Shown here piece by piece: positions 28,025-37,300 of a stretch of 64,000 bases of DNA (the stretch's first letter is position 1; each line of letters begins with the position of its first letter). A model generated the notes under the pieces. It was not told the origin of the DNA. It was given only the letters and a program-made list of their open reading frames with translations, and did not search any database. The translations under genes were made by a program, and so were the position numbers. Source of the DNA: Candidatus Ozemobacteraceae bacterium (GTDB lineage: Bacteria; Muiribacteriota; Ozemobacteria; Ozemobacterales; Ozemobacteraceae); the NCBI GenBank assembly GCA_965140445.1, contig OZ223236.1, positions 1,024,001 through 1,088,000 of the forward strand, written 5' to 3'.

Positions 28025-29893
28025 ATGAGGATGATAAATAATTTAAAAAACAAAACTAGTTTCTGGAAAATATTTTTGACCTTATTTCTGGTTATTGGTT
28101 TAGCATTTAATGTGGCTCTTGCAGAAGATGATGAGGACAGCTCGGATGATGAATCTGATGAACCGGAGCAGAGTGAAGAAATTGATGAGGCTAAAGAATT
28201 GCCAATTATTGCCTCTCCAACATTTGTTCAGGATGGCAAGGAATTGCTAAAACTTTTTTCAGACAAATCTCCTGCAAGTTCTGCACAGACACTTAAGCTT
28301 GACGATTATTATGCGGATCAGGTTATTTCAACTCGTTATATGACCAGTAAAAATGGCCGCACTACAACCTGGTTTTTAATGTATACCCGCAGTGCAGATA
28401 TTATTGAAACTTTGACAACTATGTTTGAGGGTGAGATTTCCGATGGCGATTTAAAAATTGCTCAGAACCCTACTACCAATGCCATCATTGTCAGGGGTAA
28501 AACAAAAGACAGTCCACTTGTAAAAGAAGTTCTTGAACTCATTAGAAGCTTGGATTTTAGAACTGGACAGGTTCTGATTGATGTTTTGGTGGTTGAACTC
28601 ACAATTTCAGATGAAGATATGTTCAATCTTGAACTTAAGGGACTTGCTAAAAATCCTCTTGGAATGGGTGCTACAACTGGAATTGGTGCTGTAGATCATG
28701 GGGTTATTGATTTAAACAATCCACTTGCCTCTGCCAATGGATTTAAATCTCTAGTGGTTGCGCAGGATAAGTGGAAACTTTTTGTTAATGCTTACAAAAA
28801 TAAGAAAAAAGCCAATATTATTTCTTCCCCACATATTGTTGCTGCGAATCATCGAAAATCTACCTTTAAAATTGGGGATCAGGTTCCATTGATTACATCG
28901 GTACGCCCTTCCGATGCAGGCCCAATTAAAACTTTTGAAGTTAAAGAAGTGGGAATTGAGCTTAGTGTCACTCCACATATTAATAGAAGTGGCCAGATAG
29001 ATATGGAGGTTTTCCAGTCTATCAACAATATTAAATCCTATAATCCAACTGAGGGAACTGCTGAGATGTCCAATCGTGAGGTTGAAACAAACATTACTCT
29101 TGGCAATGGCGAAACCCTTATTCTGGGTGGATTTATAGAGCAAAAAACGCGACTGGATGAACAGCGAATACCACTGCTTAGCAATATTCCTTTCATTGGC
29201 AAAGCTTTTACTAAAAAACAGAAAACTATTGATAAAACTGAGCTGCTTGTATTTCTCACTCCTCGATTGCTTGAAACTAAAGAAGACAACCAGCAGGTGG
29301 TCAGAGCAAAGACTGATTCTATCTCACAAAAGGATAAGGTAAGAAAGATCCTTGACGAGAGGCGAAAAGCGGCTAAATTCAAATTACCGGAAGGTGTTGA
29401 GGTTATAATTCCTAGAGAATCCAGGGGTTGGCTGTACGACTTTGATACGAAACAGATAGAAGACATAGTATGGGAGGTGCCGCCAAAAATGGATCCGTCA
29501 AAATTGCGATTGCTTAGATACGGCTCCTGCCCATTTGCCTATGGTGAGTCCAAAAGTTTGAAACCTCCATTTATCAAGACGTTGCTGCGTCCTTCGGAAG
29601 GCTTTGTTTTCTATAAAGAATTTACAGTGAATGATCCTGATAAATTCCGCAGCCTTATCCTTAAGGTTGCCAGTTGTAATGCAGCAGCTGTTTATTTAAA
29701 CGGTGTATTAATTGATGAAGACCCTATGATCAAACTAAAAGATGGTCATGATTTCGAATACTGGAATCGGATCAAGGAGGATATCCCCCCAGATCTAATG
29801 GTTCCGGGTGTGAACAATGTCACAGTTTTCCTCGGCAACGATAAATCTACAACCGACGGATACTTTGACATGTCACTGGAAGGAATTAAATAA
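28025..29893 (+). CDS. Secretin (GspD/PilQ family) with short N-region and extra C-terminal beta-sandwich domain
   Basis: TNAIIVRG N-domain, QVLIDVLVVE, ISSPHIVA, VGIELSVTPHIN, NGETLILGG, IPLLSNIPFIGKAF, TELLVFLTPRLL. Confidence 0.9.
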   Translation: MRMINNLKNKTSFWKIFLTLFLVIGLAFNVALAEDDEDSSDDESDEPEQSEEIDEAKELPIIASPTFVQDGKELLKLFSDKSPASSAQTLKLDDYYADQVISTRYMTSKNGRTTTWFLMYTRSADIIETLTTMFEGEISDGDLKIAQNPTTNAIIVRGKTKDSPLVKEVLELIRSLDFRTGQVLIDVLVVELTISDEDMFNLELKGLAKNPLGMGATTGIGAVDHGVIDLNNPLASANGFKSLVVAQDKWKLFVNAYKNKKKANIISSPHIVAANHRKSTFKIGDQVPLITSVRPSDAGPIKTFEVKEVGIELSVTPHINRSGQIDMEVFQSINNIKSYNPTEGTAEMSNREVETNITLGNGETLILGGFIEQKTRLDEQRIPLLSNIPFIGKAFTKKQKTIDKTELLVFLTPRLLETKEDNQQVVRAKTDSISQKDKVRKILDERRKAAKFKLPEGVEVIIPRESRGWLYDFDTKQIEDIVWEVPPKMDPSKLRLLRYGSCPFAYGESKSLKPPFIKTLLRPSEGFVFYKEFTVNDPDKFRSLILKVASCNAAAVYLNGVLIDEDPMIKLKDGHDFEYWNRIKEDIPPDLMVPGVNNVTVFLGNDKSTTDGYFDMSLEGIK

Positions 29894-29899
29894 AATAGA

Positions 29900-31681
29900 A
29901 TGAAAAAAGAGGCAAACAGAGAGAGGATAGGGATTTTTATAATCCTGTTGGTTGTGTTTTTGTCTTCCATGGTAGGAGCGTCAGAAGTAGTTGAACAAAA
30001 GACTCGTAAGGACGTTAGTATTCGCTGGAATGGCAGAAATACCAAATTTGCGCTTTTTCAGCACGCCCAGAATCCTTTGCAATGGTATTGCGTGAACCTT
30101 AACCCTGAAATTGACGAATACGAGAGAGCGGGAAAGAAAATTCCTGCTTTTAGTCTCATAAAATTTCAGAGAACCGACATGAAGAAACCTGACACCTTTA
30201 TTGAAGGTGCTCGCATGAGTTTTACCTTCAAGCTTTCCCCCGAGCAGGATGTCCTGGATAAGCTAAAGCAGAAGCTTCCATTTGATGTCCGCAAAAAGGG
30301 AAATTTAAGACTTGATCCTCTTCCTGTTGAGGGAATGAAGCTTATTTTGAAATCCCCCAGGGGAAAGGATGTTGAAGCTGTTGCATCGGAATCAGTTGGT
30401 CTTGGACAGAAAAACTCTTCGCAAAGGGTAACCTTTGTTTTGACTTTGGATGATATGAATTCTGATCTGGTAGAAGAGATAATAGGCGATGGGTTGGGAG
30501 TTCAGTTTAAACTGCAATACAACCTGTTTTTTATGGGAAAACCGCAGAAGCTAAATGTAAAAGTAAATTGGGATAAAATTGAGCGCCAACTTGGAAGAAA
30601 AAACTTTGATGTTTCTCGTTATGTGAAAGTAAAAGGAAGCTCTGGGGTTGAACTGGACAAGCGAACTCTTCGATTGATTGAGCAGCAGGCAAGGGCTTCT
30701 CAGAAGTCCCGAATGAAATCAAGTAAATCTATATTTAATGAACCCAGGCCAGGCTCTAGTTCTAAGGATGATAAAAAGGCGGGTTCAATTCGCGACAGAA
30801 AGCGCGGGCCCTCAAGTCGTGACAGGAATTATAGATCTAGAAGCAGAAAAAAAACTGCTCAAATGGAACTTGAAAGATATGAAAAAGCTGGTGGTTTCAT
30901 TGATGTTGAAGGCCAGTTAAGTTTAGCCAAATACCCAAAAAAGATTAGAGAGTCTCTTGTTTTTAATGAAACTTCGAGAACTGGAATCTGGAAGATGGTT
31001 TATTTGCCTCTGCCTCCAATTGATGCCCCACCAGAGTTGGCAGTAGAAAAAGTGGATTTAAGCGTAACTTTGCTTAAGGGTAGCAGGGTTATTGAAAGAC
31101 AAAAATATATCTGGAAGCATGGACAAGGATGGCGAGACATTAAAGATGTGCCAGTTATTTATGGCAGATTTGAGCTTCCTGGAAAATTTGAAGATTTTGA
31201 AAAACTAAGATTTCGTATTCAGTCGGTGTTAAAAGAAGAAACCGGAGATGTTCTGGAAGGGGATAAGTATATTCCTGCAATTCTTGGTGACACTCCTATT
31301 TCTGATCCGTTTCATATTGCGGATATTGCATGTCTGGACTTTTCAGCGCTTGATTTTAATGTACCAGAGGAGAATGGTGACAAGCACCTCAGGTTTATTG
31401 ATGTTAAGTTGCAGGAGGGTGACAGGGTGTATTCAAAAAGAATAATGCCTGTTGAAGATGATGAAGAGCTGTTGCCACCACCTCCAATTTATTGGTTTGT
31501 GAGCACGGCTGATTGTGCGAAACCTTTGCCTGTAGTGGCAGAGATCGTGTTTTACTATTCTGTTTACGGAGATCATTTCCCTGTGGAGTGGTCTTATAAT
31601 GGGGAGGACCTGAGAGAAGCTTTTGGTGCGCCAGTAGTGGTGTTTACTCAAGAGGACTGGAAGGGATTTCCCGAAAATTAA
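29900..31681 (+). CDS. Secreted hypothetical protein, paralogue of 31730..33598
   Basis: Signal peptide; shares PAF.L..FQR.D.K.P..FIEG and later blocks with the next gene. Confidence 0.75.
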   Translation: MKKEANRERIGIFIILLVVFLSSMVGASEVVEQKTRKDVSIRWNGRNTKFALFQHAQNPLQWYCVNLNPEIDEYERAGKKIPAFSLIKFQRTDMKKPDTFIEGARMSFTFKLSPEQDVLDKLKQKLPFDVRKKGNLRLDPLPVEGMKLILKSPRGKDVEAVASESVGLGQKNSSQRVTFVLTLDDMNSDLVEEIIGDGLGVQFKLQYNLFFMGKPQKLNVKVNWDKIERQLGRKNFDVSRYVKVKGSSGVELDKRTLRLIEQQARASQKSRMKSSKSIFNEPRPGSSSKDDKKAGSIRDRKRGPSSRDRNYRSRSRKKTAQMELERYEKAGGFIDVEGQLSLAKYPKKIRESLVFNETSRTGIWKMVYLPLPPIDAPPELAVEKVDLSVTLLKGSRVIERQKYIWKHGQGWRDIKDVPVIYGRFELPGKFEDFEKLRFRIQSVLKEETGDVLEGDKYIPAILGDTPISDPFHIADIACLDFSALDFNVPEENGDKHLRFIDVKLQEGDRVYSKRIMPVEDDEELLPPPPIYWFVSTADCAKPLPVVAEIVFYYSVYGDHFPVEWSYNGEDLREAFGAPVVVFTQEDWKGFPEN

Positions 31682-31729
31682 GGGATTTTCGCCGAAAGGC
31701 GTTAGTTAAGATAAATAAGGAGATAGGGT

Positions 31730-33598
31730 ATGAGAAAATTTTGTTTGTTTTTCTTAGTACTGGCCAGTTTTGTGGCCTTGGTGGGGACAGAATGTCAGGC
31801 TCAGCCTGCGATTGCTTCTGAATACTCAGATACAGTCGTCGTAACAATTGATGGGGATCAGGAACCGGTTTCTGTAGTAAGAGACATTAAAAATGAATTG
31901 ATGTGGTATTACGTGCCATCAAGATTGAGAATCGCTATGCATGGCGAAACTCCTGCTTTCCAATTCGTGCAGTATCAGAGAAAAGATCCTAAAAATCCTG
32001 AAGAATTCATCGAAGGCGGGATTTTGACTATGGCTGTGAATATGACTTTGCCAAAAGATGGTGTTAGTCAGATTCAAAAAGCTCTTGCAAAGAAATATAA
32101 TAATGAAGCTATTCGTGTTGCTCCACTTGAAATGAAAGATGGAACTTTCCACGTATATGCTCCAGATGCAGGTGGAAAACTTGGAACTGCCGCTCAGTAT
32201 CCAAAAATGGCCCCTTCATTTCCAAATGCTGAAGTTCCAATCATGATTACTATGGATGGCCTCAATTCTGATGTAATCGCTGCTCTCACTACTGGTGAAG
32301 GCGGAATTCCTGTTTTTGTTGAATTTACATATATGGGTGTAACTCCAAAATGTGGTTTCAAAGTAACTGCTAACTATGAAAATGCTTACAAATCTGTAAG
32401 TACCGATTCTAAACTTAGAGCTTCATACAACAGTTGGTTCTATTCTGTTTCAACAAAAGTTGATGTAAGCACTATCCGTGAATCTCTTGAAAAATCTTCT
32501 TCAATTAAAGTTGAAGCAATTTCAGGTGAAGCTTTTAAAGCTGAAGATATCGACAGATACCTTGATCCAGTTCTCAAAAGCATCATGGACGAAATCGCTG
32601 AAGCTCCAGAGCCAACTCCAGAACCACCAGCAAAAGCTTCTGAACCAGGAAACAGAAAAGCTTTCCTGAGCGTTGGTTTCAGCTTTGCAATGAAAGATGT
32701 TAAAAAGGTTCGCAAAGGAACTAGAGTTTTTGAAATGAATCGTCAGTCTCAGGTAGAAAGAAAAACCCTCATTGGTGGTGCCATCGGTGTTGGAAATATT
32801 CTTGCTAAAGTTAAAGACGAAAAGAAACGCGAAGCATTGCGTAAAAAACTCTATGTTAAAATCGGCGAAGGTAACTGGCAGAAAGCTTTCTTCCTGGTTC
32901 CTGATGTAACAGGCGCTGAAGCCGGTGGTGTTATGTCTATTGATCTCGAAGTTGGCGTTGTAGACAAAAAAGGCAAGTTCATTAAAGAAGTTTCAAAAGA
33001 AGCTGTTAAATGGGTTGCTCCAAAAGACGAAGACTTCTCACCTTGGAAAGACAAAAAAGGCAACGAAAGAAACTCTCTTAGCTTTGGTCTTGCTGAAGTA
33101 TACGAAAAGTATGGTGATAAAGCTGCTGAAGAACTTAGCTTTAGCATGGTTAAGAAAATTACCCACAAATGTGGCAAGAAAAAGAGTGTATTCAAAGTTG
33201 CACAGACTTTCCCAATCTTCTCTGGTGACGGCGTTCCAAACACTCCAGAAGATGACGTAATGCCAATTACTTTCTATCCTGATTTGATTGAAAGTTGGGC
33301 TGGCGACGGTGGAATCTTAAGAGCTATTAACATTTCTACTGAATGTAAATCATTCGATGGAAAATCTAACAAGGCTCTCAAGCAGACTGTAACACTTACA
33401 CCAAATACTGAAGATCCTCCAGTAATGCTTGTTCCTACCAAGATTAAAGGTGACAAACCTAATCCTGTAAAAGGTAGCTTCAAGTTCATCCTCAAAAAAG
33501 GTAAAGTTGAAAAGAAATTCAAAGACCTTCTTGATGAATGGGGAACTGACGTAATGTTCATGGATGACGATTTCATGGATACTGAAGAAAAGAAATAG
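31730..33598 (+). CDS. Secreted hypothetical protein, possibly highly expressed; speculative pore-forming fold
   Basis: AAGGAG SD, signal peptide ending CQA, WYYVP motif, codon choice (TTC, ATC, GCT, GTT) resembling highly expressed genes by eye. Confidence 0.8.
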   Translation: MRKFCLFFLVLASFVALVGTECQAQPAIASEYSDTVVVTIDGDQEPVSVVRDIKNELMWYYVPSRLRIAMHGETPAFQFVQYQRKDPKNPEEFIEGGILTMAVNMTLPKDGVSQIQKALAKKYNNEAIRVAPLEMKDGTFHVYAPDAGGKLGTAAQYPKMAPSFPNAEVPIMITMDGLNSDVIAALTTGEGGIPVFVEFTYMGVTPKCGFKVTANYENAYKSVSTDSKLRASYNSWFYSVSTKVDVSTIRESLEKSSSIKVEAISGEAFKAEDIDRYLDPVLKSIMDEIAEAPEPTPEPPAKASEPGNRKAFLSVGFSFAMKDVKKVRKGTRVFEMNRQSQVERKTLIGGAIGVGNILAKVKDEKKREALRKKLYVKIGEGNWQKAFFLVPDVTGAEAGGVMSIDLEVGVVDKKGKFIKEVSKEAVKWVAPKDEDFSPWKDKKGNERNSLSFGLAEVYEKYGDKAAEELSFSMVKKITHKCGKKKSVFKVAQTFPIFSGDGVPNTPEDDVMPITFYPDLIESWAGDGGILRAINISTECKSFDGKSNKALKQTVTLTPNTEDPPVMLVPTKIKGDKPNPVKGSFKFILKKGKVEKKFKDLLDEWGTDVMFMDDDFMDTEEKK

Positions 33599-33606
33599 TA
33601 AAACTT

Positions 33607-33643
33607 GCCGGTCGGCCTTTTGGCCGGCCGGCTTTCTTTTTTT
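33607..33643 (+). terminator. Intrinsic terminator
   Basis: GCCGGTCGGCC-TTTT-GGCCGGCCGGC followed by TTTCTTTTTTT. Confidence 0.88.
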
Positions 33644-33665
33644 GTGAGCTGTTAGGGAGATTATT

Positions 33666-34349
33666 TTGAATAGGAAATTATTTTTTTACTGTTTTCTGTT
33701 TGGTATTTTCCTGATTTGCGTCAGCTCACCTCTTTGGTCCATTTCCAGCCAATTTGCTGTTTTTGATCCTATTGGAAATTTTTCCTCTATAGCAGCTGGC
33801 TTTTATTTGCCGGAGCGGGGCTCGCTATTGTACGTGCCAGCAAAGCCTGTTTTTGGAAATAATCTAAATAGCCCTTCAGGTTTTTTATCCTGTCTTAAAA
33901 TTAAAAATGTTTTGATTGTTAACGGTGTTGTTTCTTTGATTGCATCTGAAACAGAAATTTTGGAACTAGGCAATCGCTTTGAAAAGAAAACCGGGAAAAA
34001 AGTTAATTTAAGTGCATCAATTCCTGCTGAATTTTCGATGCAGGTGGAAGTAAATGACCGGGTTGTTTTTGTGAAAAAGCGCTCTGGAGGATCTCTAAGA
34101 AGATTTCCTATTCAATTTCAAACAAGAGATTTGAAACCAGAAGAGCTAAGAATTAAAATAGTTTGGGAAATTTTTCCCGAAAAATACTTATGGGGAAAAA
34201 TTATAGTTGGGGGATACGGACTTTCTTCTGGATTACCAATTACGAGAAAAACCGACTCAGGGAAAATAACAATCCATGAAGATAGAATAACTTTGGAAAA
34301 TATTTTTGTTGCTCCTTTTAAAGAAGTTACTGAATTTAAAAGAAACTAG
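33666..34349 (+). CDS. Secreted hypothetical protein, possible distant single-domain paralogue of the two preceding genes
   Basis: TTG start after GGGAGA; signal peptide; LLYVPAKP resembles WYYVPSRL. Confidence 0.6.
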   Translation: MNRKLFFYCFLFGIFLICVSSPLWSISSQFAVFDPIGNFSSIAAGFYLPERGSLLYVPAKPVFGNNLNSPSGFLSCLKIKNVLIVNGVVSLIASETEILELGNRFEKKTGKKVNLSASIPAEFSMQVEVNDRVVFVKKRSGGSLRRFPIQFQTRDLKPEELRIKIVWEIFPEKYLWGKIIVGGYGLSSGLPITRKTDSGKITIHEDRITLENIFVAPFKEVTEFKRN

Positions 34350-34360
34350 TGGTGAAGTAA

Positions 34361-37300
34361 ATGCTTAAAATTTTGAAAAGGCTTTCGTCTGTTTTTTTGA
34401 TCGCAAACCTGATAGCTTTTGTTTACGGGTGTGGCGGTGGCGGAGGTGGCGGCGGAAGTGCTTTTTCACCTGGTTTTGTTCCTGAAACAGTTGTTTCTGG
34501 GAAAGTAACTCTTCCTGCATCACTTTCAGCAGATATCAGAGCTCAGGTTGGTTCATCAGAAGTTGGTGTGGTAGGGGCTTCTGTATTTCTTGTTTCAAGA
34601 CCAGAAATAGTTGTAAAAACTGATCAAGATGGTTCCTTCAGACTTGTAGTGCCAAATTTTAATGGTGAGACTTATAGAATCGTCAGCCATTTTGCTTTAC
34701 AAAATACTGAATTAATAACTATTTCAGCAGCTATTAGAGCGAATCAAGTGTCGACTCCATTCCAGCTTCAGCTTGAAGAAGGGGTCAACAAAGTTTCCGG
34801 GCGCGTTACAGATTCAGTTGGGAAAGTTGTTCCTAACGCAATGTTAGAGTTGTGGGGGCTGAGATTTTATAGTGGAGTTGATGGAACCTTTACTTCTCCA
34901 GCTTTGCCAGCAAGGGTAAAAAATGCTGTTTTGTCTGCTTCAGCTGCCGGTTATTCAGCAGATTCCTTTAATGTTTTGTTTGGCAGCTATGATGTTGCGC
35001 CTCGCATGGATATTGCTTTAAGAAAAGTTGATGAGCCAAATGTTGCTCCTATGATTCAGCTTTCATCCGCCGACGCAAAAGTCAGTCCGGGCCAGGAAAT
35101 CCCAATTGAAGCTTATTTGCAGGATACTGATGAAGGTGATTTAAGTTTCTTTAAGCCGGTTTGGTCTGCTACTGGTGGTGATTTTGCCGGAAATTCGGCT
35201 CAAAATAGTGGGACCATAACTTTTGAAGGCGGATCGCGAGACATTCTTTCAGCGATTGATCTTGCAGCAGTTGGAGACCTGGTTAAGCCCGTTCAAATCT
35301 TTAAAAATGCAGTCACATGGAAGGCCCCTCAAGAGATAGGCCTTGCTACGGTTTCTGTTTCAGTTAGAGATTCCAGAGGCGCTTTCACATCAGCAGCACT
35401 GATTTTTGCGGTTGGTGGAAGCACACAAAGCTTTATTCGTGTAGCAAGCATGACTCCTGTGCAGGCTCCAGTTAATTCTGAGGTGCAAATTTCGGGTTCT
35501 GGTTTTGGGCCTGTGCAATCTGATGGCTATGTTAGTTTTAATGGTAAAAAAGGAAATGTTCTGGCCTGGTCAGATTCTCTAATCAGAGTTTCGGTTCCAA
35601 ATCAGGCTGAGAGTGGGCTTGTTCTAGTCTATTCAGCAGGGCAGGAAAAATCGGCAGGATATTTTACTGTTTTGCCTTCAACGGTGAGTTTTTCTCCATC
35701 TTATGGGCCTGTAGGGGCAGTCGTAACAATTACTGGCACAGACTTCGGTTTGACTCAATCTGAAAATAAGGTTTTTATAAATAATCTTGAAGCGGAAATT
35801 GTTTCCTGGGCTGACACATCAATTGTTACTAAAATTCCTGCAGGGGCTATTTCTGGGGCGGTTATTCTGCAGATTGGTAAAAATGTTAGAAACTTGGGAA
35901 ATCTGGCAGTCTCCAAAGCTTATAATCTAAATTCCTATTATTCATCTAAAAATGGCGTTTTGTCGGTTTATGGTGAGGGGTTTGGGGCAAGCATTGGCAA
36001 TAGCACGATTAAGTTTTCAAACTCAGTTGCGGCAAGTGTTTTAAGCTGGTCAGACACGCATTTACAGTTTGTTGTTCCTGCTGGAGCTGTAACTGGAACA
36101 ATAACAGCAAATATTGGAACAGTGGATCTGCCCCTGGGTCTTTGCAATATTCTATCTATTGAATCCGTTTCTACAGACAGAGGCACTATTGGTCAGCCTG
36201 TGACAATTACAGGAACGGGATTTGGAGCAAGTCAGGGTGATAGCAAGGTTTTGTTTAATGGTTTGGAAGCAACAGCTTCAAGCTGGCAGGAAAATCAGAT
36301 TGTTGCTTTGATTCCGGCTTCCGGCACTCCGGGAGCTCTTGAAATTCAGGTTAATGATCATAAATCGAATCCAATTTCTTTTACTATTTCTGCTATTCAC
36401 TCAATTTCTTACAGCTATGGTCCTGCTGGAACAAACGTAACCATTGATGGATGTGGTTTCGGGACATCGCTTGGTAGCATTTCTTTTGGTGGTGAAGCTG
36501 CAACAAATTATCCTATTTGGGGAGAAAACAAAGTGGTGGCAACTGTTCCGGATACTGCCACTGGCTCAATTGATATTGCAGCTGAAGTTGCCGGGGTAAT
36601 TTCCAATACCAAACCATTTAGAGTTTCATGGATTGCTTCATTTTCTCCCGATGCAGGATGGATTGGCCGTGAGCTGTATTTTGAAGGCGTAAATTTCGGG
36701 AATGATGTCGGCGCAAGCGAGGTGCTTTTCAATAATGTGAAGGCCGATGTTATTAGCTGGTCTGACACTTTTGTTAAGGTTCGGGTTCCAGTTGGAGCGA
36801 CTACCGGAGAATTACACGTAAAAATAAATGACGGAATTATCAATCTTGAAGAATTTGAAGTTGCTGAAGTGCAGGATTATTCGCTGGTAGCTGCCTGGAG
36901 TGGTGAATGTATTGATTCTATTCCCGCTATTTCCCATGCTGTTATTGCACCTGATGGCTCTTATCTCGTTTCAGACTTTGAAAATCATTGGATATGGCGA
37001 TACGATTCAAACCGGAATTATGTTGGCCGAATCGGGAGATATGGAACTGGAGATGGGCAATTTATACGTCCATGGGGAATTGCGTTCGATTCAAGTCAGA
37101 ATATATATATATCTGATTCTGATAATCATCGCATTCAAAAATTCTCATTTGATGGGACTTTCCTCGGCTGGTTAGGCTATGGTGCTGATGGAAGTCATGG
37201 TTGGCACAATCCGGGGTCAGGGATCGCTTCGACAAATGGTACGGCTAATGGCGAATTCAAGTATCCTCTGGGAATAGCAATTGGACCCAATGGAAATCTG

